Assembly: GCA_963662795.1 (NCBI GenBank)
Contig: OY759746.1
Coordinates: 128,001 to 192,000, forward strand
Source of the DNA: Spirochaetia bacterium
GTDB taxonomy: Bacteria > Spirochaetota > Spirochaetia > CADAEX01
Reading direction: 5' to 3'
Length of the DNA stretch: 64,000 bases
Shown one piece after another: positions 21,701 to 31,464 of the stretch. Each line of letters opens with the position of its first letter. Position 1 is the first letter of the stretch. The position numbers and the translations under genes were made by a program. The notes below the pieces were generated by a model, which saw only the letters and a list, made by a program, of their open reading frames with translations, did no database searches and was not told the DNA's origin.

Positions 21701-23353
21701 AACAGGGGTCCTTTCCGCAGCAAGGGCATAGTCCCTGAATGTCTTAAAATCAAGACCGAGCATATCAAGCATGTTTTTCATCGACTGTCCGGTTCCTGCC
21801 ATGCAGGAAAGATTCATCTTCGCTTTTTTTACTGTCCCGTCAGGATTGAACACTGTAAACTTTGCATCCTGGCCGCCGCATTCAAAAATTGTATCAACAT
21901 CCCTGTTGAAAAACCGCACCCCCTCTGCATGGCAGGTAATTTCATCCTTTACAATATCAGTTCCGCACCCTGACACATCTCCGCCGCTTTTGGTGAAATC
22001 TGTAAAAAGCCTGTGGTAAAACTGTCCTGATGATCCTGTATATGTTATCCCCTTAATATCAAGTTTATCTTCAAATACATTCTTTATTTCACTGAAAACC
22101 TTCTGGGCTGCTTCAAGGGGCCTGCCGTCTGTGTCAATGCATATTTCAGCCAGTATCTCCATGTCAGCTGAATCCGCAATAAGCGCTTTCGTTGTAGTTG
22201 ATCCTCCGTCAACACCGATTACAACACCTCTTCCGGTATCCGGTTTTTTAAAAACCGTAAGCCCCCCTTCTGTTGTTAAAAGAGGTTTTTCATCTTCATG
22301 GATATGGACAAGATGGAGAGCGCTTGAAAGGGGCGGCGCAAATTTCACCTTTTTAACCTCTGCTTCTTTGGCAGCTTCCAGTTTTTCAATATCAAGAGAA
22401 GATGTTTTCCCCTCTTTAAGCGCAAGAAAGGCAGCTCCTGCCGCACCTATTTTTTCACAATTTTCAGGAAGAGTTATCTCAAGTCCCAGTTCTGCTGCAA
22501 AAACATCAGCCAGAAAACTGTTTAAAAAAATGCCTCCGGTAGCTGCTGTCTTTTTCTTCCTGTCAAGGGTCCTCATTCTGATTACATCACTTCTGTAGTT
22601 GGCAGCAATCCTCCGGTACATACCTTTCAGTATATCCTGTATCTGTTCCCCGCTGTTTTGCATGTGGATCATATCCGACTGGATTATTACGCCGCACCTG
22701 CCCCCTACATTAAGATTCTTGTCAGAAGAGATGACAGCTTCAGCAGCCAGAATATGCATTTTTTCAACCTGGACCTGGAGTTTTTTCCTGTTTTCACTTG
22801 CTTTTTTCCGTTTGTCCTTTGTATCAGCAATTTCAGCAATGTCTGAGCCGGTTCCGGCAGACTCTAATTTCACAGGAGTATAATCAGCAAAAAACCGGCG
22901 TACCTGTTTGTTTATCAGAATACCGCTCCCGCCGCCGCATTTGGTCCCTGTACCATGATCTGAAACAAAAAATTCTTCTGCCTTCTGACCGGTTTTTTCC
23001 CGCTCAAAAAAATAGGGGTCCTTTGATCCGACATGAATAAGATATTCGCAATCGGGGGCAATAAGATCAGCACCGGATGAAATAGCTATTGTATCAAAAT
23101 AAAAAGGATTTGACGTGGTTTCGGCAATCATTCTGCCAAGAGATCCTGTAAACGATACTGACTTAATATATTCGGGTGAAATAAAACTGATGACATTCTC
23201 ATACATCTCGATTATTGCTTCAACAGGATTGCCGAAATGCATAATGGATGAAGGCATATACATGATTGCACCATCATCATCAACAAGAGCACAATGGATT
23301 GTGTCAGAACCTATATCAAGTCCAAGATAACAGGATTTATTTTTTAATATCAT
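18770..23353 (-). CDS. Acyl-CoA dehydratase activase-like protein (two BadF/BadG/BcrA/BcrD ATPase domains plus DUF2229-like domains)
   Basis: LGLDIGS and GVDGGSTTTK ASKHA motifs, ECGGQDAK, SCMAGTG, CYPSK, NFNCGPD, GPCRLGQY, PFGCM. Confidence 0.85.
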   Translation of the reverse strand: MILKNKSCYLGLDIGSDTIHCALVDDDGAIMYMPSSIMHFGNPVEAIIEMYENVISFISPEYIKSVSFTGSLGRMIAETTSNPFYFDTIAISSGADLIAPDCEYLIHVGSKDPYFFEREKTGQKAEEFFVSDHGTGTKCGGGSGILINKQVRRFFADYTPVKLESAGTGSDIAEIADTKDKRKKASENRKKLQVQVEKMHILAAEAVISSDKNLNVGGRCGVIIQSDMIHMQNSGEQIQDILKGMYRRIAANYRSDVIRMRTLDRKKKTAATGGIFLNSFLADVFAAELGLEITLPENCEKIGAAGAAFLALKEGKTSSLDIEKLEAAKEAEVKKVKFAPPLSSALHLVHIHEDEKPLLTTEGGLTVFKKPDTGRGVVIGVDGGSTTTKALIADSADMEILAEICIDTDGRPLEAAQKVFSEIKNVFEDKLDIKGITYTGSSGQFYHRLFTDFTKSGGDVSGCGTDIVKDEITCHAEGVRFFNRDVDTIFECGGQDAKFTVFNPDGTVKKAKMNLSCMAGTGQSMKNMLDMLGLDFKTFRDYALAAERTPVSDEMCAIFTEADILKLVALGFPIEEVAAATAYGFMGGYSNKFVGNEKFGSLASAQGGPFKGLECLAALALHTGAEIHAFPHRQLFGAMGAALVAFNRVNSILKEGKSPLCRFRGFGVADIGFEKLNADCSAVIPDSCGTRDCRLQVYKTGDEMVFSGGLCPKGNTQGSSKRSPDYIALYKNELDKELSKYSSPARKTDQEAATGGSAAVYIPRSLHFLNERGVFFASLYHYLGFSVFVSPESDEYIASLGIAHSHSESCYPSKLHYGHTAYLKECMRHGIDKILLVNYLGSGEEKAPQNQSKTCPYVSGAGFAAKDALKIESSDVLLPVLVFNDDIYKLEDDIIIDLKRAFAGTEYAKSLTGRKVASAVKKALKTQEDFNARMHRIGSGIVEKLKKKNEKIFLGIGRGYTIFDNMASSKIHELFIMNGLHFIPCFFLEQPDYDFTDIVRHMYWFQGREMTRYNLLAALDPNLYGVRETNFNCGPDAMLSYHEGRIFDITGKPYLTLQTDGHNSNAQFGTRAMANFEVVKNHIPQKITLKDLETEYRETDDLKKRILGIPDMGTESSEMLVAVFKSAGYRAEAMPSKTQESEAWARKYLITNNCLPMHILFGDVFAWVHSKQREGLDPNNDLAVFVPMAGGPCRLGQYHIIVKQFLDECGFDRVSIVNPAAYLDWENLPVSRKERSIIRRNIAKAAIASDILMNAQLSIRPYEIVEGSTEAFFAEIRKEFLQIVGEGCDYKKLTAFMKTASERCREIDANIAKRYPLVSLFGEIFVRSHTGANENSILKLESFKLEIVPRLLADMFEYVNKMQRAAYWKEKRYLLWFGALVKGLYMMKVEKGLSLPFSSILAHRRFRRPIDLYNELRRENIFDVRIKGEAGISIGITHDFINSNSEGLSGVYQLEPFGCMQECVASSKIQSLIDIKKISEKNPAKRVIPYLTGVFGDSELSNLEAEMAMFAEKCYIRQRLETADRGN

Positions 23354-23520
23354 TATTCTTCCTTAAAGTTACATAAACATTGCAGTTACTTAAACATTTA
23401 AATAATTGTATTTCAGAAAAGCAATAAATACTTATCCGAAAAAAATATTTGAAGTGCCTATAATTAATCATAATATGCAATGATACAGGGTAATTGTAAA
23501 AAAACTGTAAAACCTGAAAC

Positions 23521-23558
23521 AAAAAAAGAGCCGGTTAACCTCGCGGGAACCAGCTCTT
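23521..23558 (-). terminator. Intrinsic terminator of the RRM gene
   Basis: AAAGAGCtGGTT...AACCGGCTCTTT hairpin followed by a T-tract on the minus strand. Confidence 0.7.
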
Positions 23559-23587
23559 TATCTTTTCCGAACTATATTTAACAAATA

Positions 23588-23863
23588 TTAGTTTCTGTAA
23601 GATCTTTCTCTTGGTGCTCTTTCTCTTGCTTCATTAACAAGAAGTTCGCGGTTGTTGAACTGTTTTCCGTTCAATGCTGCGATAGCTTCAGAAGCTGCTG
23701 TACCATCTTCCATTTCAACAAAACCAAAGCCTTTCGACCTGTTTGTATACCTGTCTATTACGATAGACACATCGAGTACATTGCCGTATTCTGCGAAGAG
23801 ATCGGCAAGCTGATCTTCAGTTGTTGCATAGTTTAGATTTCCAACATAGAGTTTCTTTGACAT
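23588..23863 (-). CDS. RRM (RNP-1) RNA-binding protein
   Basis: KLYVGNL (RNP2), SKGFGFVEM (RNP1), VNEAR; ATG at 23863. Confidence 0.95.
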   Translation of the reverse strand: MSKKLYVGNLNYATTEDQLADLFAEYGNVLDVSIVIDRYTNRSKGFGFVEMEDGTAASEAIAALNGKQFNNRELLVNEARERAPRERSYRN

Positions 23864-24072
23864 AAAAATCATCCTTTTTCTGTAATCAAACAGAAATAAT
23901 AAAAAAAATTATCGTGGTGCGCGTTTATTGCATTATTTATTTTGTTTAGATTAAATAATTGGCAGGAATATTCAACAGCTTCTTTCGTCAGCATAAAAAC
24001 ATAATCCGGAAATTATAATTCAAAAACAAAAAAATATTCAAAATACGACTGTGCATTCCACAGATTATTGGC

Positions 24073-24101
24073 ATTATACATTTATATTTTAATTGAGTCA
24101 A
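24073..24101 (-). promoter_or_regulatory. Near-consensus sigma70 promoter of the RRM gene (about 200-nt 5' UTR)
   Basis: TTGACT-17 nt-TATAAT on the minus strand. Confidence 0.65.
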
Positions 24102-24123
24102 CTGCAGAAATTATTATATTTTT

Positions 24124-25326
24124 TTATTCAAGCCCATTTTTTCGATTTAAATTTGTTCCTGCCGAATCCATTTTTGAATATATATTGAATGATTGCCTGA
24201 CATATGAGTTCTTTTTTTCCGTTGCCTTATAATTTTTCTGAAAATCTTTCATAAAATCATCTATATCGTACTTTTTTCTTAAAGATCCTTTAACAGGTAT
24301 CTGGTCATGATATCTTTTTATTTCCTTGATACGATAAAAAAGCTCTTCATACGTAAAAAAGACATTTCTCATTTTATAAACAACAGGACTGACTTTAATT
24401 TTGTCGGCGATAAGGGCATCCATTTCCATATTTTCATCTGCAATTTCATTTTGTACCGAATTATCTGACTTTTGGAGAATTGAATCATTGTCATAGGGCA
24501 TGGACGGCTCGTCAGGCTCTATAATCAGGTCTTTGTATTTTCTGAATATTTTATCGAATCCCCTGAATTCCTTATAGTAAAGATTATATTTTTCAAGATA
24601 TTCTTCATATTTGATTATAACCGGTTTAGTCAATGAAAAAGATCCGGCCCTGAACATCCTGAGCTTTTCAGCGCTCCACTCTGTTTTATAGAGATCAAAC
24701 ATTTCCGGGCTGATATCAAGTATTTTTATATTCCTGCCCTGAATTATATCCACAACCATTCCTGAAGCAGCTTTTTCGGTTAACGTACTGCCGGATGCGC
24801 TGCCCGGAGCGATACCGCATTCAAGAGATCCTTCATTGCATGTAACAAGTATTGAACCGTCCGGTGCCGTCAGTACATCGAAATCAGCATCATTTACCTT
24901 GATAACTGCATTACCTGCTGCCCTTACTGTCATATTCCGCCCGGAGGATAATTTGCCTGTGTTAACAGTCATACCTCCGGTAAAAAGGATCAATTGCAAA
25001 AAGTCTTCATCCCGGTTTTTGGAGGATTTAAAATATACTGATGTGTTATTCTCAATTTTTACAGATATGCGGTCATATGTGCCATCAGAAATGAAAGCGT
25101 TTATATCAAATTCAGCGTACCCGTCAGTTCCTGTTTCAAGCAGGTCATAATCTTCAAGTTCAAATCCCGGATTGAGGTTTTTCGGCCCTGTTATTTCACC
25201 GTTTTTATGTATTTCAACAGTTCCATCAAGATATACCAATATACCTTTTGCATTTACTGCATGGAGTGCAGTAAAAGATGACAAGAAAAGTAAGCCGGAA
25301 AAAAGTATAAAACCAAGTCTATTCAT
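24124..25326 (-). CDS. Exported FecR-like domain protein
   Basis: Signal peptide; YLDGTVE...DLLETGTDGYAE and VTCNEG FecR-like beta motifs; helical C-terminus. Confidence 0.6.
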   Translation of the reverse strand: MNRLGFILFSGLLFLSSFTALHAVNAKGILVYLDGTVEIHKNGEITGPKNLNPGFELEDYDLLETGTDGYAEFDINAFISDGTYDRISVKIENNTSVYFKSSKNRDEDFLQLILFTGGMTVNTGKLSSGRNMTVRAAGNAVIKVNDADFDVLTAPDGSILVTCNEGSLECGIAPGSASGSTLTEKAASGMVVDIIQGRNIKILDISPEMFDLYKTEWSAEKLRMFRAGSFSLTKPVIIKYEEYLEKYNLYYKEFRGFDKIFRKYKDLIIEPDEPSMPYDNDSILQKSDNSVQNEIADENMEMDALIADKIKVSPVVYKMRNVFFTYEELFYRIKEIKRYHDQIPVKGSLRKKYDIDDFMKDFQKNYKATEKKNSYVRQSFNIYSKMDSAGTNLNRKNGLE

Positions 25327-25447
25327 TCCAAACCCTTTATGGAGCTCTTTTTCAGGGAATATCTTAGCACATCCTGCATAATTTGCACACTAATATAGTT
25401 AAATTATCAGGATTGAATTTTCCCGATTAACCCTTTCCCGCAGACAT

Positions 25448-25495
25448 AAAAAAGCTTCAGCCGGCATGTGAATGGTTCACTGTCCGGTGAAGCCT
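25448..25495 (-). terminator. Intrinsic terminator after the PC4/YdbC gene
   Basis: GCTTCA-CCGG...CCGG-CTGAAGC long stem followed by TTTTTT on the minus strand. Confidence 0.65.
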
Positions 25496-25540
25496 TGTTT
25501 TTAAATCAAAGATTACAAAAAACTGCCGGTGAATTTCATG

Positions 25541-25762
25541 TTAAAACTCAAGTTCTTTTAAAACATCCTTTAATTTCAGTAATTCCTCTTTCTGGAGAGT
25601 AACCCCTTTTCCCATTTTAGCGTGCTCCGGAGCCCAGTCTCTGATGTCATACTTGGGATCCCTTCCATTCCAGCTTACAAGGTTAAGTTCTTTTGTCCAT
25701 CCGTTTTTGCTTTCAGATAAAACAGTTATATGCTTTATCAGTTCATAGCTGAAGTCACTCAT
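25541..25762 (-). CDS. YdbC/PC4-like ssDNA-binding protein
   Basis: GWTKELNLVSWNGRDPKYDIRDWAPEHAKMGKGVTL family signature. Confidence 0.9.
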   Translation of the reverse strand: MSDFSYELIKHITVLSESKNGWTKELNLVSWNGRDPKYDIRDWAPEHAKMGKGVTLQKEELLKLKDVLKELEF

Positions 25763-25773
25763 GGAGGGAACCG

Positions 25774-25935
25774 TCAATCCTTCCAGTTAACTGTAATTTT
25801 CTCATTTCCTATCTTTTTTTTGATAATTCCCGCAAGTGTAATAAGCTCTTCCTTGCAGCAGTCAACTGTCTTGCCGTTTTCAAGCCTTTTTTTGAGTTCA
25901 TCAGCAAAGTCCGAAATTGTAATTTCTTTTTTCAT
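25774..25935 (-). CDS. Small hypothetical protein (53 aa, CC motif)
   Basis: GGAG RBS then ATG at 25935: MKKEITISDFADELKKRLENGKTVDCCKEELITLAGIIKKKIGNEKITVNWKD. Confidence 0.6.
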   Translation of the reverse strand: MKKEITISDFADELKKRLENGKTVDCCKEELITLAGIIKKKIGNEKITVNWKD

Positions 25936-26047
25936 TTTTTTAATCTCCAGTTTACTTCTTATTAACAATTTTAACACTAATAACCATGTTTATAAAGAAA
26001 ATATTTTATAAATAGTTCATGGGGAAATACATGATATAATATGTTTA

Positions 26048-27352
26048 ATGTTTAAATTAAATAAAAGCTGGTTGATATATATAATTTCCTCATTGTTTTT
26101 GCTTCTGGCTTTATCAAGTTTATTTCTTATCCCCTCATTTAAAATGATTGAAACAACTACCAGAAAAGCAGAAGAACTTTACAGCATGAGAGAAAACTGG
26201 TTAATTGTAAAAGCTGAATCGATATTATATCTAACCTCGCAGAAAAGTGAACAGGACAGGAAAAGATTTATTTATAGTGTAACTCAATTTGATAAAAAAA
26301 TTGAATATCTTCTTGATGAACAGGTTTTTACCATAATTGAAAAGTATTCCATTGCTGTTAATGAAAATCAGGCTGTTTTTCTTAAAAACTGGCAGGAAAT
26401 CCAGATGAAGCTGGTCCAGGTTGTTAACGGAACAGTCAGTATAGAGGAACTTGCTGATAATGTTTTCTGGATTACAAGCAGTACCATGGATTTTAACATT
26501 GTCATAGATTCTCTTATTAAAGCTTCAAACATATTCAATAAAAACATATTCAAACAATTTCTATTTTATCTTTATATACTAAGCTTTTCATTAATTATAA
26601 TTTTTTTCCTTTTTATTTTAAAAAATGCGGAACTCGTTCATGCAAAAAAGGTAGAAACAAGAATCAGGAATCTTTCACAGTCACTTGACAGCATCAGGGA
26701 CGATGAAAGAAAAAGAATAGCCATTGATCTGCATGATTCATTGATTCATCAGCTTGCATCCATAAAAAACCTTTGTCGGCTTGACAGTGGCAGCACGATT
26801 ATTTCAGATATCTTAAGAAAAGTGACTGATGAAATTGATTTGGCCATCAGGGTTACAAGGGAAATATCTTTCAACCTGAGGCCGGTTGAGCTGAAAAAGG
26901 ATTTTTTTTCAGCTATAAAATTTTTTCTTGCTGATTTTTCAGAAAAAAACAATTTAAAAGTAAATTTTATATATTACGGCTTTAATAACATCAAATTAAA
27001 AGAAGAAATTGAAATCTCCATTTTTCGCATGATACAGGAAATACTTAATAATACTGTCAAGCATGCATGTGCTTCTGATATATTTATAAAACTTATTTAT
27101 TCATTTCCTTATATAATATTGAATACTGAAGATAATGGAATCGGAATTAAAAATCCTGACCTGATCAAAGACAATATTGAAAAAAACCACATGGGTATTA
27201 AAGGAATAATGGACCGGGTTGAATTGCTGAACGGGATAATAAATATTAAAAGCAGGAATAATAATGGATTAAAATTTTACATAAAAATCCCATACTCTGT
27301 AAAAATTAACAAACAAGGAATAACTGATGATAAAGAGCGTTCTGATAGTTGA
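26048..27352 (+). CDS. NarX/DegS-type (HisKA_3) membrane sensor kinase
   Basis: Two TMs, ERKRIAIDLHDSLIH, QEILNNTVKHA, EDNGIGI, HMGIKGI. Confidence 0.92.
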   Translation: MFKLNKSWLIYIISSLFLLLALSSLFLIPSFKMIETTTRKAEELYSMRENWLIVKAESILYLTSQKSEQDRKRFIYSVTQFDKKIEYLLDEQVFTIIEKYSIAVNENQAVFLKNWQEIQMKLVQVVNGTVSIEELADNVFWITSSTMDFNIVIDSLIKASNIFNKNIFKQFLFYLYILSFSLIIIFFLFILKNAELVHAKKVETRIRNLSQSLDSIRDDERKRIAIDLHDSLIHQLASIKNLCRLDSGSTIISDILRKVTDEIDLAIRVTREISFNLRPVELKKDFFSAIKFFLADFSEKNNLKVNFIYYGFNNIKLKEEIEISIFRMIQEILNNTVKHACASDIFIKLIYSFPYIILNTEDNGIGIKNPDLIKDNIEKNHMGIKGIMDRVELLNGIINIKSRNNNGLKFYIKIPYSVKINKQGITDDKERSDS

Positions 27353-27980
27353 TGATCATCCGTCAATAAGGGAAGGATTGCGGGCAATGCTTATCAAAAA
27401 CTGTATTGCAGAAACAATAATTGAAGCAGGCAGTTTTGATGAAGCTTATGAGTCTGCTGTCAAAAATATACCAGAATTAATTTTAATGGATATATCACTT
27501 CACGGATTATCAGGGATTGAACTAACAAAAAAAATCATAAAAAAAATACCTGAAATGAGTATTATAATTGTTAGCATGTATTCTAAAACACAATTCATAA
27601 TTGAATCGCTAAATGCCGGTGCCAAAGGTTATATTCTAAAAGAAGCACTGCCTGAAAAACTGATTTCAGGTATAAAAAAAATTATTGCCGGAGATATTTA
27701 TGTTGACAGTCATATCAGCGGCAAAGTAATTAATTCACTGATAAATAAAAATCCCGGAATAGTAGTTAACAATGAAAATTATGAATCATTAAGTTTCCGC
27801 GAACAGGAAGTTCTCAGGATGATTGCAGACGGCATTGATGTAAATGAAATTGCTGATCAACTCTGTATAAGTGTAAAGACTGTAATTAATCACCGGACAA
27901 ACATAATGACAAAACTTAACTGCAGAAATGTTATAGAGCTTGTTAAATACGCAATTCATATTGGCCTTGTTGATATCTGA
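27327..27980 (+). CDS. NarL/LuxR-family response regulator
   Basis: IVDDH, LMDISL, LSFREQEVL...IADQLCISVKTVINHRTNIMTKL HTH. Confidence 0.95.
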   Translation: MIKSVLIVDDHPSIREGLRAMLIKNCIAETIIEAGSFDEAYESAVKNIPELILMDISLHGLSGIELTKKIIKKIPEMSIIIVSMYSKTQFIIESLNAGAKGYILKEALPEKLISGIKKIIAGDIYVDSHISGKVINSLINKNPGIVVNNENYESLSFREQEVLRMIADGIDVNEIADQLCISVKTVINHRTNIMTKLNCRNVIELVKYAIHIGLVDI

Positions 27981-28087
27981 AACAGGACTAATAGCTGTTT
28001 TATCCAGGAATTTGAGAAATCCTCCCATATACAACTCAAAATAGCTGAAATACAATTTTTTCATTATCTAATTCAAGGGAGGATTAT

Positions 28088-29071
28088 ATGATCAAAAGAT
28101 TTTTACTGTTACTGATGCTTACTGCATTAACAATTTCTCTGGTATTTTCAGGAGGAAAAGGCGAATCATCGGCAGATTCACCTGCGAAACCAGCTGCGAA
28201 ACCCCAGTTTATACAAATTAAGTCTTCATCAATCGGGGGCACATGGTATGCAGGCGGAGCTGCATGGGCAAAACTGATAACAGATAACACAAATTACATA
28301 GCAACCAACAGCTCTTCTCCGGGTCTTGATAATGAAACAATCAGAAGAATTACTGAAGGTAAAGCCGTATTGGGTTTTGTTGGCGGTGCAGGAGCTTATA
28401 TTGCATCCCAGGGCGGCGGATCATGGGAAAAACCACAGGATATAAACGGTCTTTTTACAATCTGGTCAAATGCAGTTTGCGTTGTTGTTCATGACGAATC
28501 AAAATTCAAAACAGTTGCTGATCTAAAAGGTGCCAGTATAGGAACATATGTTGAAGGAGATGTTAACGGAGATCAGGTATTGGAAATGCTGAAATTCCAC
28601 GGGGTTGATGAAAGCAACTCAAAATTTTACAGGATAATGAAAGCAGATGCTACGAGAATGTTTGTCGACAAGACAGTCGATGCCCTGATATATCAGTATT
28701 CACCTGGACATGCAGATTTAAGACAGATTGTAGCCTCAAGAAAAATCAGGTTTCTGCCTCCTGTCAAGGAAAAATTCGACATGTTTGTAAAGGAAAATCC
28801 GTTCTATTATCTTGGAGAATTCGGGGTTGAATTCGGGGTAAAACCTGAACTGCAGCCGATTATTTCCGCTTTTACAACATGTAGTGCAAATGCAGATCCT
28901 GAGATGATTTATCAGTTTGTAAAGGTATGGTTTGAGAACCTGGATTGGCTTACAACAGTACTTCCTTCAAGTATTCCAAATGTCAATACCAAAGATCCTG
29001 TCGCAGGGATTCCTGTAAAAATTCACCCTGGAGCCATGAAATACTACAAGGAAGCAGGAATCTATAAATAA
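28088..29071 (+). CDS. TAXI-family TRAP transporter solute receptor
   Basis: Signal peptide, SSSIGGTWY, IPVKIHPGAMKYYKE C-terminal motif. Confidence 0.9.
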   Translation: MIKRFLLLLMLTALTISLVFSGGKGESSADSPAKPAAKPQFIQIKSSSIGGTWYAGGAAWAKLITDNTNYIATNSSSPGLDNETIRRITEGKAVLGFVGGAGAYIASQGGGSWEKPQDINGLFTIWSNAVCVVVHDESKFKTVADLKGASIGTYVEGDVNGDQVLEMLKFHGVDESNSKFYRIMKADATRMFVDKTVDALIYQYSPGHADLRQIVASRKIRFLPPVKEKFDMFVKENPFYYLGEFGVEFGVKPELQPIISAFTTCSANADPEMIYQFVKVWFENLDWLTTVLPSSIPNVNTKDPVAGIPVKIHPGAMKYYKEAGIYK

Positions 29072-29096
29072 ATCGCAATCTTAAGGAATAACTTTT

Positions 29097-31043
29097 ATGG
29101 AAACGACTGTAAATGAAAAAGCTATTAGAAAAATTACCGATATTTACCAGGAAGAGGATATAGGCGGTATCAAGTTTAATTTTCCGGCTGTACAGAAAGC
29201 TGCAATCATAATCGGTATAATAGTTACCGGACTTTCGATTTATGAAGTATTTTTTGGTAATTTTGAACCAGCGCTGCAGAGACCGCTGCATATACTTCTA
29301 ATGTGCAGTTTAACTTTTATAACAATGTCATCCAATTTATTTCATAATAAAAAGATTGAAAGCTGGTTTAACATTCTGTTGATTGCATTAACTGTTTCCA
29401 GCTGTATCTGGGCTTCTTTAAACTGGAAAAAACTGTATTTTAATCCTAATCTGGATATTGCAGGTATTTTTTTCGGGGCTGTCTGTATACTGCTTGTACT
29501 TGAGGCAACACGAAGAGCTGTTGGACTTCCTATGACTGTTATAGGACTTTTCTTTGTTTTATACGCACTTCTGGGACCTTATCTGCCTGTTTTTTTTGCA
29601 CATGGGGGATTTTCCATAAAGGATATAATCGTACATTTAGTAGTCGGAACAGAAGGAATGATGGGGCTTCTGCTTAGCATCAGTGTTAACCAGATAATCT
29701 TTTTCATGCTTTTTGCCGCTTTTCTGATTATCTCAAATTCAACTAATCTTTTTATGGAATTCTCCAAAGCAATTGCAGGGCAGTATCACGGCGGACCGGC
29801 CAAGGTAGCAGTTGTCTCAAGCGGTCTTATGGGCATGGTTTCAGGCAGCGCCAGCGGGAATGTGGCAACAACCGGGTCAATAACAATACCGCTGATGATT
29901 TCTATGGGGTTTAAAAACCACGTAGCCGGAGCTATCGAAGCAGTTGCTTCAACCGCAGGGCAATTCATGCCGCCGATTATGGGTGCAGCAGCATTTATTA
30001 TAGCGGAGTACACAGGTAACACGTATGGGAAAATATGTCTTGCAGCATTAATTCCTTCATTGATCTATTTTTTGTCAATGTTTCTTGTTGTAGATCTGCA
30101 GGCGCGTAAAAGAGGACTAAAAGGTCTGCCAAAGGACCAGCTTCCCGGGAAAATGTCTTCATTTAAAAAGATAATTCCGCTGATAATTCCTCTGGTTATT
30201 CTTGTGTTTTATCTTGCCCTGCAGTACAGCGTTCAATTCTCAATTCTTTTGTCCCTGGCCGCACTTATATTAATTGCCATTCCAAGTAAAGTTATAAAAA
30301 TCGGCATCAGGGAAATACTTATGGCATTCTCGCTGGCCGGCAAACTTTTAATACCTATAGCTACTTCCTGCGCAACAGCAGGGATAATTGTCGGTATAAT
30401 GTCGTTAACCGGACTTGGCGAAAAACTTTCATACGGTATCCTGACTGTTGCAAATGGGAATCTATTTATCGGACTTCTATTTACCGCCATGATGTCTATT
30501 ATAATAGGGATGGGACTTCCAACACTGGGTGCATATGTAGTTCTTGCAGCACTTGGAGCTCCTGCCCTTGTACAGCTGGGGTCTTCCCTGCTTGGGGCAC
30601 ATCTGTTTATTTTCTATTTCGCAATTTTGTCTGCCATTACACCGCCGGTTTCTCTTGCAGCTTTCGTCGCAGCCGGGATTGCAAAGGCAAATCCGATGAA
30701 AGTCGGATACACCAGTGTAATACTGGCGCCCTTTATTTATATTATACCGTTCATGTTTGTTTATAATCCCGGCATTCTAATGGAAGGTGACGGGATAACT
30801 ATACTGACCGGCATAACAAAAATATTTTTGATAATTTTCCCGATAGCGTTGCTGTCGAGACTTTTCTGGCTGATCAGATTAAACATCATAGAGATTTTAC
30901 TTGCCGTCGGATCAATAATTTCAATATTGTTTTTCAAAAATACCGGCATATTTGTTTCAATGATTCTGCAATCAGCACTTATAGTCATGCATTTATTGCG
31001 GACTAAAAAAAAGGGGGTAATTAATGAACCGAAGATCAGTTAA
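29097..31043 (+). CDS. TRAP transporter fused 4TM/12TM permease
   Basis: GGPAKVAVVSS, EAVASTAGQFMPPIMGAAAF, GMGLPT, ITPPV. Confidence 0.93.
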   Translation: METTVNEKAIRKITDIYQEEDIGGIKFNFPAVQKAAIIIGIIVTGLSIYEVFFGNFEPALQRPLHILLMCSLTFITMSSNLFHNKKIESWFNILLIALTVSSCIWASLNWKKLYFNPNLDIAGIFFGAVCILLVLEATRRAVGLPMTVIGLFFVLYALLGPYLPVFFAHGGFSIKDIIVHLVVGTEGMMGLLLSISVNQIIFFMLFAAFLIISNSTNLFMEFSKAIAGQYHGGPAKVAVVSSGLMGMVSGSASGNVATTGSITIPLMISMGFKNHVAGAIEAVASTAGQFMPPIMGAAAFIIAEYTGNTYGKICLAALIPSLIYFLSMFLVVDLQARKRGLKGLPKDQLPGKMSSFKKIIPLIIPLVILVFYLALQYSVQFSILLSLAALILIAIPSKVIKIGIREILMAFSLAGKLLIPIATSCATAGIIVGIMSLTGLGEKLSYGILTVANGNLFIGLLFTAMMSIIIGMGLPTLGAYVVLAALGAPALVQLGSSLLGAHLFIFYFAILSAITPPVSLAAFVAAGIAKANPMKVGYTSVILAPFIYIIPFMFVYNPGILMEGDGITILTGITKIFLIIFPIALLSRLFWLIRLNIIEILLAVGSIISILFFKNTGIFVSMILQSALIVMHLLRTKKKGVINEPKIS

Positions 31044-31404
31044 AATGTTTATCATGTGTACAGTGATAATATCTTTTTTTGCAGCCGTACCGGCTTTCTC
31101 ACAGGAACTAAAGCACAATATTACAGACAAGGCAGAGCTGAAAAGTATTTCAATGCAGATTAAAAACATCAGATCTGAATCGAAAGTTAAAATGGTTGTA
31201 TTTGATCTGGTAATAAAAAATATTTCTGATAAACCTTTGCGCTATAATGCAATGATCTATATTCCCGGTCAGGGATCAGGCGCAGATGCAATACCGGAAA
31301 AAGCTGACCAGACTATTCCTCCCGGCGAAGAGATGAAGGGATCTGTTGCAGTTCTTACTGATAACTTTCCTACAGGCTTCTCACTTGAAATAATTGAAGA
31401 ATAA
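31024..31404 (+). CDS. Small exported protein of unknown function (beta-rich)
   Basis: Signal peptide ending AFS-Q; KNISDKP...IPPGE pattern; overlaps the permease stop. Confidence 0.7.
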   Translation: MNRRSVKMFIMCTVIISFFAAVPAFSQELKHNITDKAELKSISMQIKNIRSESKVKMVVFDLVIKNISDKPLRYNAMIYIPGQGSGADAIPEKADQTIPPGEEMKGSVAVLTDNFPTGFSLEIIEE

Positions 31405-31464
31405 TTGGTTTACACAAGTTTTCTGCAGGTACAGGCTGTACCTGCAGTATTATCGGGAGACAAC

